Source of the DNA: an uncultured Verrucomicrobiae bacterium
GTDB taxonomy: Bacteria; Verrucomicrobiota; Verrucomicrobiia; Limisphaerales; J093
Length of the DNA: 46,143 nucleotides
Direction of reading: 5' to 3'
Assembly (NCBI GenBank): GCA_937976685.1
Contig: CALJWR010000240.1
Coordinates: forward strand, 1 to 46,143
The notes under the pieces are model-generated. The model saw nothing but the letters and a program-made list of their open reading frames with translations. It did no database searches and was not told the origin of the DNA. This document shows positions 1 to 9,519 of the stretch, piece by piece; positions within the stretch are counted from its first letter, which is position 1; every line of letters begins with the position of its first letter. A program made the translations under genes and the position numbers.

Positions 1-521
1 ACAAACTGCCGGAAGACCTCGTTGGCCACGGTTGTTTCTTGGGTGGCCCCAACTTCCACCAGCACGCCCACCTTCGCACCCGTGTGGATATAGGCGGCGA
101 TCAGTCCGTTACCCTGCACTTCGAGACGACGGGTGCGCGCAATGCGAATGTTTTCGCGGATGCGGGAAACGGCATCCGTCCGCAAGGCCTCGAGGTCGGC
201 CGCCGGGTTTTCGGCCACCGCCCTGGCCACCTGATCGGCAAAAGCGCGGAAGAGATCATTCTTGGCGACGAAGTCCGTTTCGCAGTTGACCTCGGCAAGC
301 ACCCCAACCCGGGCACCTGGCAGCACGGCGGCCGCGATGACGCCCTGGTTGGCTTCCCGGGTCGCCTTTTTCGCTGCGGTGGCGATGCCGCGCTTGCGAA
401 GCAAATCCATCGCGGCGTTGAGATCTCCGTTGCACTCGAGGAGCGCCTTCTTGCAGTCCATCATCCCCGCGTTGGTCATCTCGCGGAGCTTCATTACGGT
501 CGTTGCGGCAATGTCAGCCAT
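1..521 (-). CDS. tsf: Elongation factor Ts (3' part outside window)
   Basis: Not in the ORF track because it is open-ended. My translation of the minus strand from ATG 521 reads MADIAATTVMKLREMTNAGMMDCKKAL...EVNCETDFVAKN, the EF-Ts UBA-like N-terminus plus the ETDFV motif. It lies directly downstream of rpsB. Confidence 0.97.
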   Translation of the reverse strand, partial: MADIAATTVMKLREMTNAGMMDCKKALLECNGDLNAAMDLLRKRGIATAAKKATREANQGVIAAAVLPGARVGVLAEVNCETDFVAKNDLFRAFADQVARAVAENPAADLEALRTDAVSRIRENIRIARTRRLEVQGNGLIAAYIHTGAKVGVLVEVGATQETTVANEVFRQF

Positions 522-606
522 AGCAGTCGTTGGTTTCGGATTGGTGTCAGTGAAGGTGGGGTGCCGGCCGGCGGCCGGTGATTCAAATTCGGTTCACCCC
601 GGGGAA

Positions 607-1416
607 TCAGTTCGCCGTGTCGCCAGTCGCGGGCGCTTGGGTTGCCGCGCCGGCTTCGACGGCGGGCGCAGCCGCCGCGACCGGCGTTTCATCCTTCCGC
701 TCGTCTTTTTGGGCGCGGGCGGCGCGGGCCTCGTGTTCGGTGCGGCCGTGTGTCACGGCTTGAACGATTGCCGCCAGGATGACGCGGATGGATCGAATCG
801 CATCGTCGTTGCCGGCAATGGGGTAAGTCGTGAGGTCGGGATCGCAATTGGTGTCCACGATGGCGACCACGGGAATCTTGAGCCGAAGTGCTTCGGCCAC
901 CGCGTTCTTCTCCCGCTTGATGTCCACGACGAACATCGCTCCGGGCAGCGAATCCATCGCGCGGATGCCGTCCAGGTTCTTCACTAGTCGCGCCAACTCG
1001 CGGCGGAGCATAGACTGTTCCTGCTTGACGTAGCCGTTGATCGAACCATCCGCCTCCATCTTCTCGATTTCACGCAGCCGCCCCATCGAGCGTTTAATCG
1101 TCTTCATGTTGGTGAGCGTACCGCCCAACCAACGCTCGGTCACATAGGGCTGGCCGCAAGCCTTGGCCGCCTCTTTCACCGCTTCCTGCGCCTGCTTCTT
1201 CGTGCCGACAAAAAGCACCTGGCCACCCTTGGCCGCCAGCTTGGAGAGGAACTGGCACGCGGCATCGAGCTGGGCCACCGTCTTGCTCAGATCAATGATG
1301 TGGATGCCGTTCCGGGAATCAAAGATGAACGGTTTCATCTTGGGATTCCAACGCCGTGTTTGGTGTCCGAAGTGGACGCCGGCTTCGAGAAGCTCTTTGA
1401 GACCGATGCTGATCAC
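607..1416 (-). CDS. rpsB: 30S ribosomal protein S2 (GTG start)
   Basis: Motifs LLEAGVHFGHQTRRWNPKM, RWLGGTLTN and IAGNDDAIRSI; canonical rpsB-tsf order. Confidence 0.99.
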   Translation of the reverse strand: MISIGLKELLEAGVHFGHQTRRWNPKMKPFIFDSRNGIHIIDLSKTVAQLDAACQFLSKLAAKGGQVLFVGTKKQAQEAVKEAAKACGQPYVTERWLGGTLTNMKTIKRSMGRLREIEKMEADGSINGYVKQEQSMLRRELARLVKNLDGIRAMDSLPGAMFVVDIKREKNAVAEALRLKIPVVAIVDTNCDPDLTTYPIAGNDDAIRSIRVILAAIVQAVTHGRTEHEARAARAQKDERKDETPVAAAAPAVEAGAATQAPATGDTAN

Positions 1417-1590
1417 AGATTTCCTTTGGTTGTCAGCCTGGCTTGCTGGGCCAGACCATCCCGCGGATCACGGGATTCTGGTTCGATGTTGTTGTGGCCG
1501 GCCGGCGTCCACCCGGACGCGGCAGTTTGATGGCCGTTTTCCGCTTCCGGGATCCGGTTTGAAACGATTCCCCTCGGCAGGAGAGCGCGG

Positions 1591-1618
1591 AAGGTAACAA
1601 TGCCGTCCCGCACCGCAA
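1591..1618 (-). promoter_or_regulatory. Putative sigma70 promoter of rpsB-tsf
   Basis: The minus strand reads TTGCGG-N16-TACCTT with an extended -10 TG (TGTTACCTT), about 175 nt upstream of the rpsB start. Confidence 0.45.
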
Positions 1619-1676
1619 CAGTTATTTGTGTCGGCGCGCGGGTGAACGGGGGTTCCCCGGAGTCTCGAGCGCCCGG

Positions 1677-2666
1677 TCACTGGGGCAGAAGATCTTTGAC
1701 CATCTGCCGCTCTTCGGCCAGTTCCTGGACAGAGGCGTCAATCTTCGCGCGGGCGTGGCTATTCAAGTTGAGTCCCTGAACGATCTCCCAGCGCTTCCCG
1801 TCGCTGCGGACCGGGAACGAGCAGATCAGCCCCTTCTCGATCCCATAGCTCCCGTCCGAGCAGACACAGACGCTGTGCCAGTCGCCGTCAGGAGTGGGCT
1901 CGACAATCGAACGCACGCTGTCCACCACGGCATTGGCGGCACTGGCAGCGCTGGAGGCTCCACGCGCCTTGATGATAGCCGCCCCGCGCTGGCCGACGGT
2001 GGGAACAAAGGTGTTCCGCAGCCATTCCTCGTCTCGAATGACCTCGTAGGCTGGCACGCCGTTGATGCGGGCGTGATAGTAGTCCGGGAACATCGTGGGA
2101 CTGTGATTGCCCCAAACCGCCACATTTGAGACCTCGGTCACCTCTGCGCCGGCCTTCTTGGCGAGCTGGGTCTTGGCCCGGTTTTCATCCAGCCGTGTCA
2201 TCGCCATCCAGCGGTCGGCGGGGATTTCCTTCGCGTTGTTCATCGCGATCAGACAGTTGGTGTTGCAGGGATTGCCCACCACCAAGATCCGCACGTCGCT
2301 GGCCGCGTTACGCGCAATGGCCTGGCCCTGACCGATGAAGATCTTGCCGTTGATACCCAGCAGGTCCTTGCGCTCCATCCCCTGCTTCCGGGGAACGCTG
2401 CCCACGAGCAGAGCCCAGTTCACGCCCCGGAACCCTTCGTCCAAGTTGGCGGTGGGAATCACCCCCTTGAGCAGTGGAAAGGCGCAATCATCAAGTTCCA
2501 TGACCACGCCGCCGAGGGCCGGCAGGGCCGGCTCGATCTCGATCAAGTGCAAGACCACCGGCTGGTTCGGGCCGAACATCGCGCCGGAAGCTATGCGAAA
2601 CAAGAGGGCGTATCCAATCTGGCCGGCGGCGCCCGTGACCGCCACGTGGATGGGTGTTGTGTTCAT
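1677..2666 (-). CDS. mdh: Malate dehydrogenase (cytosolic/MDH type 2)
   Basis: Motifs [50 protein letters not shown] and [11 protein letters not shown]; ATG at 2666. Confidence 0.97.
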   Translation of the reverse strand: MNTTPIHVAVTGAAGQIGYALLFRIASGAMFGPNQPVVLHLIEIEPALPALGGVVMELDDCAFPLLKGVIPTANLDEGFRGVNWALLVGSVPRKQGMERKDLLGINGKIFIGQGQAIARNAASDVRILVVGNPCNTNCLIAMNNAKEIPADRWMAMTRLDENRAKTQLAKKAGAEVTEVSNVAVWGNHSPTMFPDYYHARINGVPAYEVIRDEEWLRNTFVPTVGQRGAAIIKARGASSAASAANAVVDSVRSIVEPTPDGDWHSVCVCSDGSYGIEKGLICSFPVRSDGKRWEIVQGLNLNSHARAKIDASVQELAEERQMVKDLLPQ

Positions 2667-2835
2667 CAAGAATCCCGCCTCGCGGGAGCGGGATCATTGC
2701 GGGGAACGGGGGCCCGCGCAAGCACGGCCATCTGGAAAGAATTCGTTGGCCAAACGGATCGGGTTCAAACGACTTAACGGTTGTGGTTGCATTTCCGGCG
2801 ATGATTGACAACCCTCAAGGAGTCGGTTGCGTTTA

Positions 2836-5800
2836 ATGGATTCATCCGCACAGGTTGAGTTGGTGAGACGTTGCCAGCGCGGTGACAGCGCGGCGTGGGA
2901 AGAATTGGTTTCCGCCTTCTACGCCGAAGTGGGTCGTTTCATCTTTCTTCTGAATCCGGCCTATGCCGAAACTGAAGTGGAAGAAGTGGCGGCCGGTGTG
3001 TTCTTGGATTCGGTCCGGGCGGTGGCTTTCTTCGGCGGCCGAAATCCCGCGCGCGTTGGCTTGTTCTATGCCGCCCTGCGGAAAGCAGCCACCCATCATC
3101 CGCGGCGGGAAAGCAGGGTTCAGAATCCTCCGCAGCCAGCCGGTGGCGGGAACCCGAACGGGCGGTCCGGCCCCCCAGCCCATCTCGCGCTGTTTCTCGC
3201 CTTGGACCATCTCGGCGGACCCTGCCGGGATTTGATCGTCCTCCGATACTTTGGAAATTTGGAGTTGGCCGACCTGGCTCCCGAGTTCGAGGTGAGCGAG
3301 GCGACGCTCGCCATCAGAATTGCCAAGTGTCTCGGAACCTTGGGCGGACTGATGGCGTTGGAGGCCCCGGGCGGCGACCGGCAGGCTGCGGAGGAGGCCG
3401 AGGATGGGGCCTCCGCAGAACTGATTACTGCGGCGCTTCTGAGTTACCGCGAGTGGCGCCTTGGGCAACTGCCGCCAAGTCTCCAGCCTCCGGATTCCCT
3501 GCTCCCCCAAATTCGCGCGGCGCTTACCCGCTCGCCCGAAGCGCGGTCGCGCGTCGAGCTGCGCCGGGCGGCCCGGTTCGTTAAACCCGACATCGTGGCC
3601 AAGGCCATCGGTGCTGCCGCCGGCGTTGTCACCGTCGCCACAGGTATCGCGTTGGTCGCCAGCAGGACTGGGCGGGATGCCGGCGCGGGCGGAGGCTCGG
3701 CCCACGACAACCGGATGACGGGACTTGGCCTCAGCACGATAACGCCTCCCGGTCAGGAAACGAGCTTGAACCGCGGGACCGAGCGCGAGTTCGAGGAGTT
3801 TGTCAGCCGGCTGCTGCCGGTGAATCCCCTCCCTAGTCCGGCGCCGATTGCGGCCGGGGCTTCGACGGTCAACACCAGCGCACCGGAGCCGACGGAACCT
3901 TCTAGCGCTGGTGCCAGCTTGACCAGCCCATCCCCCTCTGCACCGACGGACGCGAAGCTGCAAGTCGCCAAGGACCCGTCTCGCAGCGCGGAAGCACCGT
4001 TGTCCAACAGTTCAGCAGCTACCCCAACGCTGACGACGGGCCGGGTAACCTCGAACGGCGACCCGACGGCGCCATCCGGAAGCGAGGCTTCTGGATTGAC
4101 CGTGACGGCATCCGGAGGTGCCGGCTCCAGCCAGCCACCGTGGACCGCCGAACAGGCGGAGGGGATGGCGCCCGCGTGGATGTTACGGGGATCCGGACCA
4201 GTCGCGCGTGCAGCGATGGAACTGCGGACGTTTGCCCATTACGGTGCCACCCCGCTGCTGGAAAATGTGCCGGCGACTTTTGGACGGGCTCTGAATTCTC
4301 CAGCGTTTCCGTTCGGTCAATCCGACGCCCAAGTGGCAGGGGGGGCGACCAACGTCCCCGCCGTCCCGAGCGCTCCCCGGAAGCCGGAGCCAATGCCCCT
4401 TTCCGCGGGGGACCAGCTTGCTGCCACCAAGGCGGAACCGGCCACCGGACCGGTTGGCGACTCGCTGGCCGCCGCCGTGGACGGAGTGGTCTCAGCGGCT
4501 GGCAGGCAACCGGATTCCGGCGGTTCCCCGGCCGTGGGAACCGGGGTTGCGGAGTTCTCAAATCAGACGGACTGGACGGTAGAAGTCGTCGCTGCGAGGC
4601 CCAGCGCCGGGGCTGCGGAGGTAGCGCCTCCAGAATTGACTGCGGCCTCCTCGGCGGCCACCGCAGCGGCGGTCAGCTCGATTGGGGAAGCGGCCCAAAG
4701 TGGCGACTCGGGATTGGCGTCTTCGCAAGCGAGGACCGACGTGGAGATTGCCCGCCAGCCGCTTGCGCCGAAGACCGACCGGAACGTGGAGACCCCGGAG
4801 CAGCTCGCAGCGACCGCGGCAGCCGAGTCCAACCTGCCCCAGGAGAACTCGCTCGTGGACGACTCGGTTCCCAAGACAGCGCCTCCTGATTCGATTGCGA
4901 CTGCAGTGGAACCGGTCCGGCGGCAGGAAGCGTCATCGCAGGCCTTCCAAATGCAGCTAGTCGCGGTCCCGGGCTCGAACAACGGCGGAAAGCGGGAGCA
5001 GAGTACCGACTCAGACGCTTCGCCACTCGCTCGTGCCGACACCCGTTCAAAGGTGGATTCTGACTCTGAGGTGGCGTTTTCAACTTCGGCTCCAAGTGAG
5101 GCAGAGGCGAAGCCGGCAGGCGGTCTCGCGTCCCGTCCCCTCATCGGGCTGAACCTGAACTTTCGCGTTCACCTGGGCGGCAAGCCGGTGGGTACCGTGG
5201 GTATCAGCGGTTCGAGGCCCTTCGCCGAGCCATCGGTTGCCGATTCACGGAATCCGACTTCCGGCGAAACCGGGGTTTCGGAGGGCGTTACTCTCGCTCC
5301 CGCTTCAGCGCCGAAGCCGATGCCAATCGCAGGCCGGGCGGAGAATTGGAACCGCCGGGTGACCCCGCTGCATCCGTTGGCGGAGCGAACCCACGCGTCG
5401 CGTCCCGCCCCGATCGCCTCGGCCTACCGATCGTCCGATCGCCCTTACCAAGCCAATCAGCCTCCCGTTCTGAGGGTTGCGAGTGTGAGGCCGGCAGCGG
5501 GCACGGCAAACGATTTTCTCTCAACCGATCCCGACGAGAAGGCTTTGGCCGCTGTCAATTCAGGGATGCTGCCGGAAACCGGAAGCGCGTCGGCGAAGTT
5601 CGTGAGGGAGGAGATCACCCGCAGCCTCCGAAGAAATCTCAACTCCCCGCCGATGCCCCAAGTCTTGGAGGAATTCCGCTTTGCTGACCGGGCCGGCCGG
5701 TTGGTGCTTCTTGACAGCGATGGGTCGGAGTTCCCGGTGGTATCAGAGTCAGGAGAGGAAGCGTTTGCCTCCCTCGCGTCGTTGGCGCGCACGCTTCGGA

Positions 5801-6027
5801 CGTTTGGCCTGCCGCTGCGGTTCTCGGCATCCGGCCTCAGCCTTTCCACCGGTGAAATCGTGACTTTTGAGGGCTGGGTGGAGCCGGAGGACGATTCGGT
5901 CTCCGAAGTTCCGCGCACCGCCAGCGAAGGCGGCCCCGAGGTTCTGGCGGCGGCACAGGTTCGCGGCGAGGTCCAAGTCGGCGCCCGGCAGCGCTTTCCG
6001 ATTAGTGCCACGAGCGGCCGGGATTGA
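2836..6027 (+). CDS. ECF sigma-70-like N-terminal domain fused to a TM segment, a long Ala/Pro/Ser-rich region and a small C-terminal beta domain
   Basis: The N-terminus LVRRCQRGDSAAWEELV...EVEEV is sigma region 2-like and ALDHLGGPCRDLIVLRYFGNL...TLAIRIAKCL is region 4-like. A hydrophobic stretch AIGAAAGVVTVATGIALVA is followed by roughly 600 aa of low complexity. Confidence 0.7.
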   Translation: MDSSAQVELVRRCQRGDSAAWEELVSAFYAEVGRFIFLLNPAYAETEVEEVAAGVFLDSVRAVAFFGGRNPARVGLFYAALRKAATHHPRRESRVQNPPQPAGGGNPNGRSGPPAHLALFLALDHLGGPCRDLIVLRYFGNLELADLAPEFEVSEATLAIRIAKCLGTLGGLMALEAPGGDRQAAEEAEDGASAELITAALLSYREWRLGQLPPSLQPPDSLLPQIRAALTRSPEARSRVELRRAARFVKPDIVAKAIGAAAGVVTVATGIALVASRTGRDAGAGGGSAHDNRMTGLGLSTITPPGQETSLNRGTEREFEEFVSRLLPVNPLPSPAPIAAGASTVNTSAPEPTEPSSAGASLTSPSPSAPTDAKLQVAKDPSRSAEAPLSNSSAATPTLTTGRVTSNGDPTAPSGSEASGLTVTASGGAGSSQPPWTAEQAEGMAPAWMLRGSGPVARAAMELRTFAHYGATPLLENVPATFGRALNSPAFPFGQSDAQVAGGATNVPAVPSAPRKPEPMPLSAGDQLAATKAEPATGPVGDSLAAAVDGVVSAAGRQPDSGGSPAVGTGVAEFSNQTDWTVEVVAARPSAGAAEVAPPELTAASSAATAAAVSSIGEAAQSGDSGLASSQARTDVEIARQPLAPKTDRNVETPEQLAATAAAESNLPQENSLVDDSVPKTAPPDSIATAVEPVRRQEASSQAFQMQLVAVPGSNNGGKREQSTDSDASPLARADTRSKVDSDSEVAFSTSAPSEAEAKPAGGLASRPLIGLNLNFRVHLGGKPVGTVGISGSRPFAEPSVADSRNPTSGETGVSEGVTLAPASAPKPMPIAGRAENWNRRVTPLHPLAERTHASRPAPIASAYRSSDRPYQANQPPVLRVASVRPAAGTANDFLSTDPDEKALAAVNSGMLPETGSASAKFVREEITRSLRRNLNSPPMPQVLEEFRFADRAGRLVLLDSDGSEFPVVSESGEEAFASLASLARTLRTFGLPLRFSASGLSLSTGEIVTFEGWVEPEDDSVSEVPRTASEGGPEVLAAAQVRGEVQVGARQRFPISATSGRD

Positions 6028-6034
6028 GGCCCCG

Positions 6035-6808
6035 TTAACGGGGAGGCGCGGCGCTGGCAACAATCACTTCGACCCGGCGGCTGCGGAGTTGCTCCACTAA
6101 CTCACCGGGCGCTCCCGCGTCGGTGACCACGGCGTGGACTTGCTGGAGGTCGCACACGAAGCCCATCGAGCGGCGCCCGAACTTGGTGTGATCCAGGCAG
6201 TAAATTACCCGCTGGGCAGCCCGCATCATCGCCACTTGAATCTCGATCAGCAAGGCGTGCGAGTTGGTAATTCCGTCCGTGGTGATGCCGCCAGCCCCCA
6301 TCACGGCCACGTCCGCGTGCATCTTCGAGAATGATTCCACGGCCAGCGGCCCCACCAAGACACCCAGCCGCGGATAGAGCACGCCCCCGGACAGCACCAC
6401 CTCGACCTGGCTGGAAGCCGCGTAGAGGTTCGCCACTGGCAGGGAATTGGTGATGATCTGCGGCTTCCGTGACTCCAAGTAACGGGCCGCGTGGTACGGC
6501 GTGGTGCCAGCGTCAATGATCACACTTTGCCCCGCACCAATCAGGTCCGCGCACGCGCGTCCAATCGCCTCCTTTTCGTCGAGCTGATGCGTGTCCCGGG
6601 CGTTAAACACAAACTCGTCCGAACGCGGATTCACCAAACGGGCCCCTCCGTGGGTCCGCCGTACGGACCCACCGCCTTCCAGCGCGGTGAGATCGCGGCG
6701 GACGGTGGACTGAGAAACTCCCAACTGGTTGGCCAGCTCCTCCAAGGAGGCGAATTCCACCTTTTGAAGGTATTCCTCGATTCGAGCTTGGCGTTCTTCG
6801 GCCTGCAC
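6035..6808 (-). CDS. DeoR/GlpR family transcriptional regulator (PVM locus regulator)
   Basis: HTH LANQLGVSQSTVRRDL, RTHGGA, and sensor-domain motifs IDAGTT and ITNSL; divergent from the BMC operon, as in PVM loci. Confidence 0.95.
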   Translation of the reverse strand: MQAEERQARIEEYLQKVEFASLEELANQLGVSQSTVRRDLTALEGGGSVRRTHGGARLVNPRSDEFVFNARDTHQLDEKEAIGRACADLIGAGQSVIIDAGTTPYHAARYLESRKPQIITNSLPVANLYAASSQVEVVLSGGVLYPRLGVLVGPLAVESFSKMHADVAVMGAGGITTDGITNSHALLIEIQVAMMRAAQRVIYCLDHTKFGRRSMGFVCDLQQVHAVVTDAGAPGELVEQLRSRRVEVIVASAAPPR

Positions 6809-6820
6809 GTTGGCAAATTG

Positions 6821-6860
6821 TTGGAAGATATTGAAAGATTATGCAAGAAATTTCTTGACG
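6821..6860. promoter_or_regulatory. Candidate DeoR operator / divergent promoter region
   Basis: AT-rich island with three tandem 10-bp units (TTGGAAGATA, TTGAAAGATT, ATGCAAGAAA) and a perfect 14-bp palindrome CAAGAAATTTCTTG (6844-6857) that overlaps TTGACG (6855-6860). Confidence 0.55.
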
Positions 6861-6894
6861 CAGCCAGCGGCCTATGGTCATTTGTCATCCAGAA

Positions 6895-7572
6895 ATGACT
6901 CCTCCCGGATCATCTCTGCCCCGTGCCGTGGTCGAACATCTGGTTCGGCAACTCGTGTACGAGCGTTTGGGAAAGCCGCTGCCCCGCGTGGCTTCGGCAC
7001 CGAACCCTCTGGTTGTCAACGTCAGCGCGCGCCATTGCCACCTCACCCAGGCGGCGGTGGAGGCGTTGTTTGGAAAGGGGCATCAATTAGGCGTCCACAA
7101 ATGGCTCTACCAGGACGGCCAGTTCGCCGCCAAGGAGACCGTGACGTTGATTGGTCCCCGGAGCCGCGTGATTTCGAATCTGCGAATTCTGGGTCCCTGC
7201 CGCAGCTTAAACCAGGTGGAACTCGCCTACACCGATTCCATTGCTCTGGGGTTCGAGATTCCGCTGAGGATTTCGGGTGACATCAAGGGCACGCCCGGCT
7301 GCATGTTGATGGGGCCGGCCGGTTTTTTTGAGATGAAGGAAGGCGTGATCCGGGCCTTGCGGCATGTTCACATGCATCCGGAGGACGCCGCCTTTTACGG
7401 AGTGAAAGCCGGTGACGCGATGAAACTGCGCATTGGCGGTCCCTGCGCCCTCACGCTGGAGCGCATGCTCTGCCGGGTGGACCCGAGCTTCAAACTGGAA
7501 GTCCACGTTGACACCGACGAGGGCAACGCCTGCAACTTGCAGCCGAACACCCCTTGCGAACTGATCAAATGA
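6895..7572 (+). CDS. pduL: PduL-type phosphate acyltransferase with N-terminal encapsulation peptide
   Basis: Motifs VSARHCHL, LYQDGQFAAKETV, ILGPCR, ALRHVHM and HVDTDEGNA; N-terminal amphipathic helix RAVVEHLVRQLVYERLG. ATG 6895 preferred as start. Confidence 0.95.
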   Translation: MTPPGSSLPRAVVEHLVRQLVYERLGKPLPRVASAPNPLVVNVSARHCHLTQAAVEALFGKGHQLGVHKWLYQDGQFAAKETVTLIGPRSRVISNLRILGPCRSLNQVELAYTDSIALGFEIPLRISGDIKGTPGCMLMGPAGFFEMKEGVIRALRHVHMHPEDAAFYGVKAGDAMKLRIGGPCALTLERMLCRVDPSFKLEVHVDTDEGNACNLQPNTPCELIK

Positions 7573-7600
7573 GAAACTGATTTCTCCTCCGTAGCGACTG

Positions 7601-7628
7601 ACTCCAAACTCCCAACTCCTGACACTTA
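7601..7628 (+). repeat. Short tandem heptamer repeat in BMC intergenic region
   Basis: ACTCCAA ACTCCCA ACTCCTG ACACTTA directly before the first BMC-H ATG. Confidence 0.5.
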
Positions 7629-7918
7629 TGAGCGAAGCACTCGGCATGATCGAAACCAAAGGCTACGTCGGCGCTGTTGAAGCCAGCGACGCGATGGTCA
7701 AGGCGGCCAACGTAACCCTCGTCAAAACCATCCCCATCGGCGGCGGTCTGATCACCGTCCTCGCCAAAGGGGACGTCGGCAGCGTCAAGGCGGCCGTAGA
7801 TGCCGGCTCGAAAGCGGCCGCGAAGGTGGGCGAACTCATCAGTTCGCACATTATCGCGCGCCCGCATGAGGACCTGCTCAAGTCGTTCCTGGGCGAATCC
7901 GCGCCAGCGAAGAAGTAG
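7628..7918 (+). CDS. BMC-H hexameric shell protein
   Basis: ALGMIETKG...DAMVKAANV...GDVGSVKAAVDAG...HIIARPH. Confidence 0.97.
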   Translation: MSEALGMIETKGYVGAVEASDAMVKAANVTLVKTIPIGGGLITVLAKGDVGSVKAAVDAGSKAAAKVGELISSHIIARPHEDLLKSFLGESAPAKK

Positions 7919-7957
7919 CGGCGACCGCAACCTCGACTCTCATCCCTCTCAAACTCT

Positions 7958-8236
7958 ATGGCACAACAAGCGATTGGCATGATCGAATGCAAGGGTCTGT
8001 GCGCGCTGCTCGAAGCCAGCGATGCCGCCCTCAAAGCCGCGAACGTCACCCTCGTCGGCTGGGAAAAGATTGGCAGCGGTTACGTGACGTCCTTCTTCCG
8101 CGGCGATGTGGCTGCGGTCAAGGCGGCCACCGACGCCGGCGCGGCGGCGGCGGCCCAAGTGGGGCAGGTCATCAGCGTACAAGTCATTCCCCGGCCACAC
8201 GAAGGTCTGAGCGCCCTCGGGAAGTGGCTGCAATAA
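7958..8236 (+). CDS. BMC-H hexameric shell protein
   Basis: AIGMIECKG...DAALKAANV...KIGSG...[13 protein letters not shown]...VIPRPH. Confidence 0.97.
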   Translation: MAQQAIGMIECKGLCALLEASDAALKAANVTLVGWEKIGSGYVTSFFRGDVAAVKAATDAGAAAAAQVGQVISVQVIPRPHEGLSALGKWLQ

Positions 8237-8330
8237 CCGAGCGTGCCAGCCGGCAGCGGGAGTTCAACGGATTTCGACCGCACGGTCCCCGCCGACTTCG
8301 AATGCTGGCGCCAGACATTGACTCAGCCCC

Positions 8331-9515
8331 TTGAAGATCCTCGTCGCCAACATCGGCTCCACTTCGCTGAAGTGGCGGCTGTTTGACTTCGCCAACGGCG
8401 GCGAAGCGATGCTGCACAAAGGCGGTTTCGAGCGGGTCAGCGACTATGCGGCTGCCATCGAGGATTGTCTGTCAGAGCTCAAACAAGCCGGAGTTCTGTC
8501 AAACGAGGCCGAGTTGGCCGGGGTTGGTTTCAAGACCGTCATTGCCAGGGACGTGACCGGTTGCGTCCGGTTGACGGAGGGCGTCCTGCGCGCGATGGAG
8601 GCCTACAACGGTCTCGCCCCGGCGCACAATCCACCGTACATCGCGGGCATTCGGCAATTCGCCCGGCGGATGCCGGCGACGCCGTTGGTGGGCCTCTTTG
8701 AGACCGCATTCTATCAGTGGGCGCCCGAGCCGGCGAAACGGTACGCGGTGCCCGTCTCGTGGCACGACCTCGGTGTGCGCCGCTGGGGTTTCCACGGTGC
8801 CAGCCACAAATTCATCGCCGAGCGCAGCGCCGAATTGCTCGGCCGGCCCGACGTGGCGCAGCGGGTGCAGAATCTTTATCGGGACGGGGGTGCCTCGCCG
8901 GTCAACTCTCCTGCGCTTCGCGTGATTTCGTGCCACCTGGGAGGCAGTTCCTCGGTGACGGGGATCCTGAACGGCGTGGCCCTCGGCAACAGCCTTGGCA
9001 TGAGCCCGCAATCGGGATTGCCGCACAACAATCGCGTCGGCGATCTGGACGCCTTTGCCCTCGGCTACGTGATGCGTTCGACCGGCCTGTCCCTCGATGA
9101 GGCGGAGCGCCTTCTCAGCAAAGAGGCGGGCCTGAAGGGATTGAGCGGTGGTTACGCCGACCTGCGCGATCTTCAGGCGCAGATCGCCGCGGGCAACCAC
9201 CGCGCCCGGCTTGCGGTGGACTTTCTCGCGCATGAGGCGCGGCGCTGGATCGGATCGTATTACCTCCAACTGAACGGACTGGACGCGCTCGTGTTCACGG
9301 CGGGCATGGGGGAAAACGAACCGGAGATCCGGTCGCTCATCACCGCCAACCTGGATCAACTGGGCATCCTGCTCGATCCCGCCAAGAACGCGACGGCCCG
9401 GGCCCGGGAGGCCGACATCAGCGCACCGGATTCCCGGGTCAAGGTGTGGGTCATTCCCACCAACGAAGAACTGGTCGTGGCGCGCGAAGTGCGACGCCTC
9501 CTGGAGGCGCAGTAA
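8331..9515 (+). CDS. ackA: Acetate/propionate kinase (TTG start)
   Basis: Motifs ILVANIGSTSLK, LAPAHNP, RRWGFHGASH, CHLGGSSS, VFTAGMGEN and IPTNEE. Confidence 0.95.
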   Translation: MKILVANIGSTSLKWRLFDFANGGEAMLHKGGFERVSDYAAAIEDCLSELKQAGVLSNEAELAGVGFKTVIARDVTGCVRLTEGVLRAMEAYNGLAPAHNPPYIAGIRQFARRMPATPLVGLFETAFYQWAPEPAKRYAVPVSWHDLGVRRWGFHGASHKFIAERSAELLGRPDVAQRVQNLYRDGGASPVNSPALRVISCHLGGSSSVTGILNGVALGNSLGMSPQSGLPHNNRVGDLDAFALGYVMRSTGLSLDEAERLLSKEAGLKGLSGGYADLRDLQAQIAAGNHRARLAVDFLAHEARRWIGSYYLQLNGLDALVFTAGMGENEPEIRSLITANLDQLGILLDPAKNATARAREADISAPDSRVKVWVIPTNEELVVAREVRRLLEAQ

Positions 9516-9519
9516 TCCC

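Noticed and set aside
607-720. Ala/Pro-rich C-terminal tail of S2
   Set aside because: Variable low-complexity tails are common on bacterial S2.
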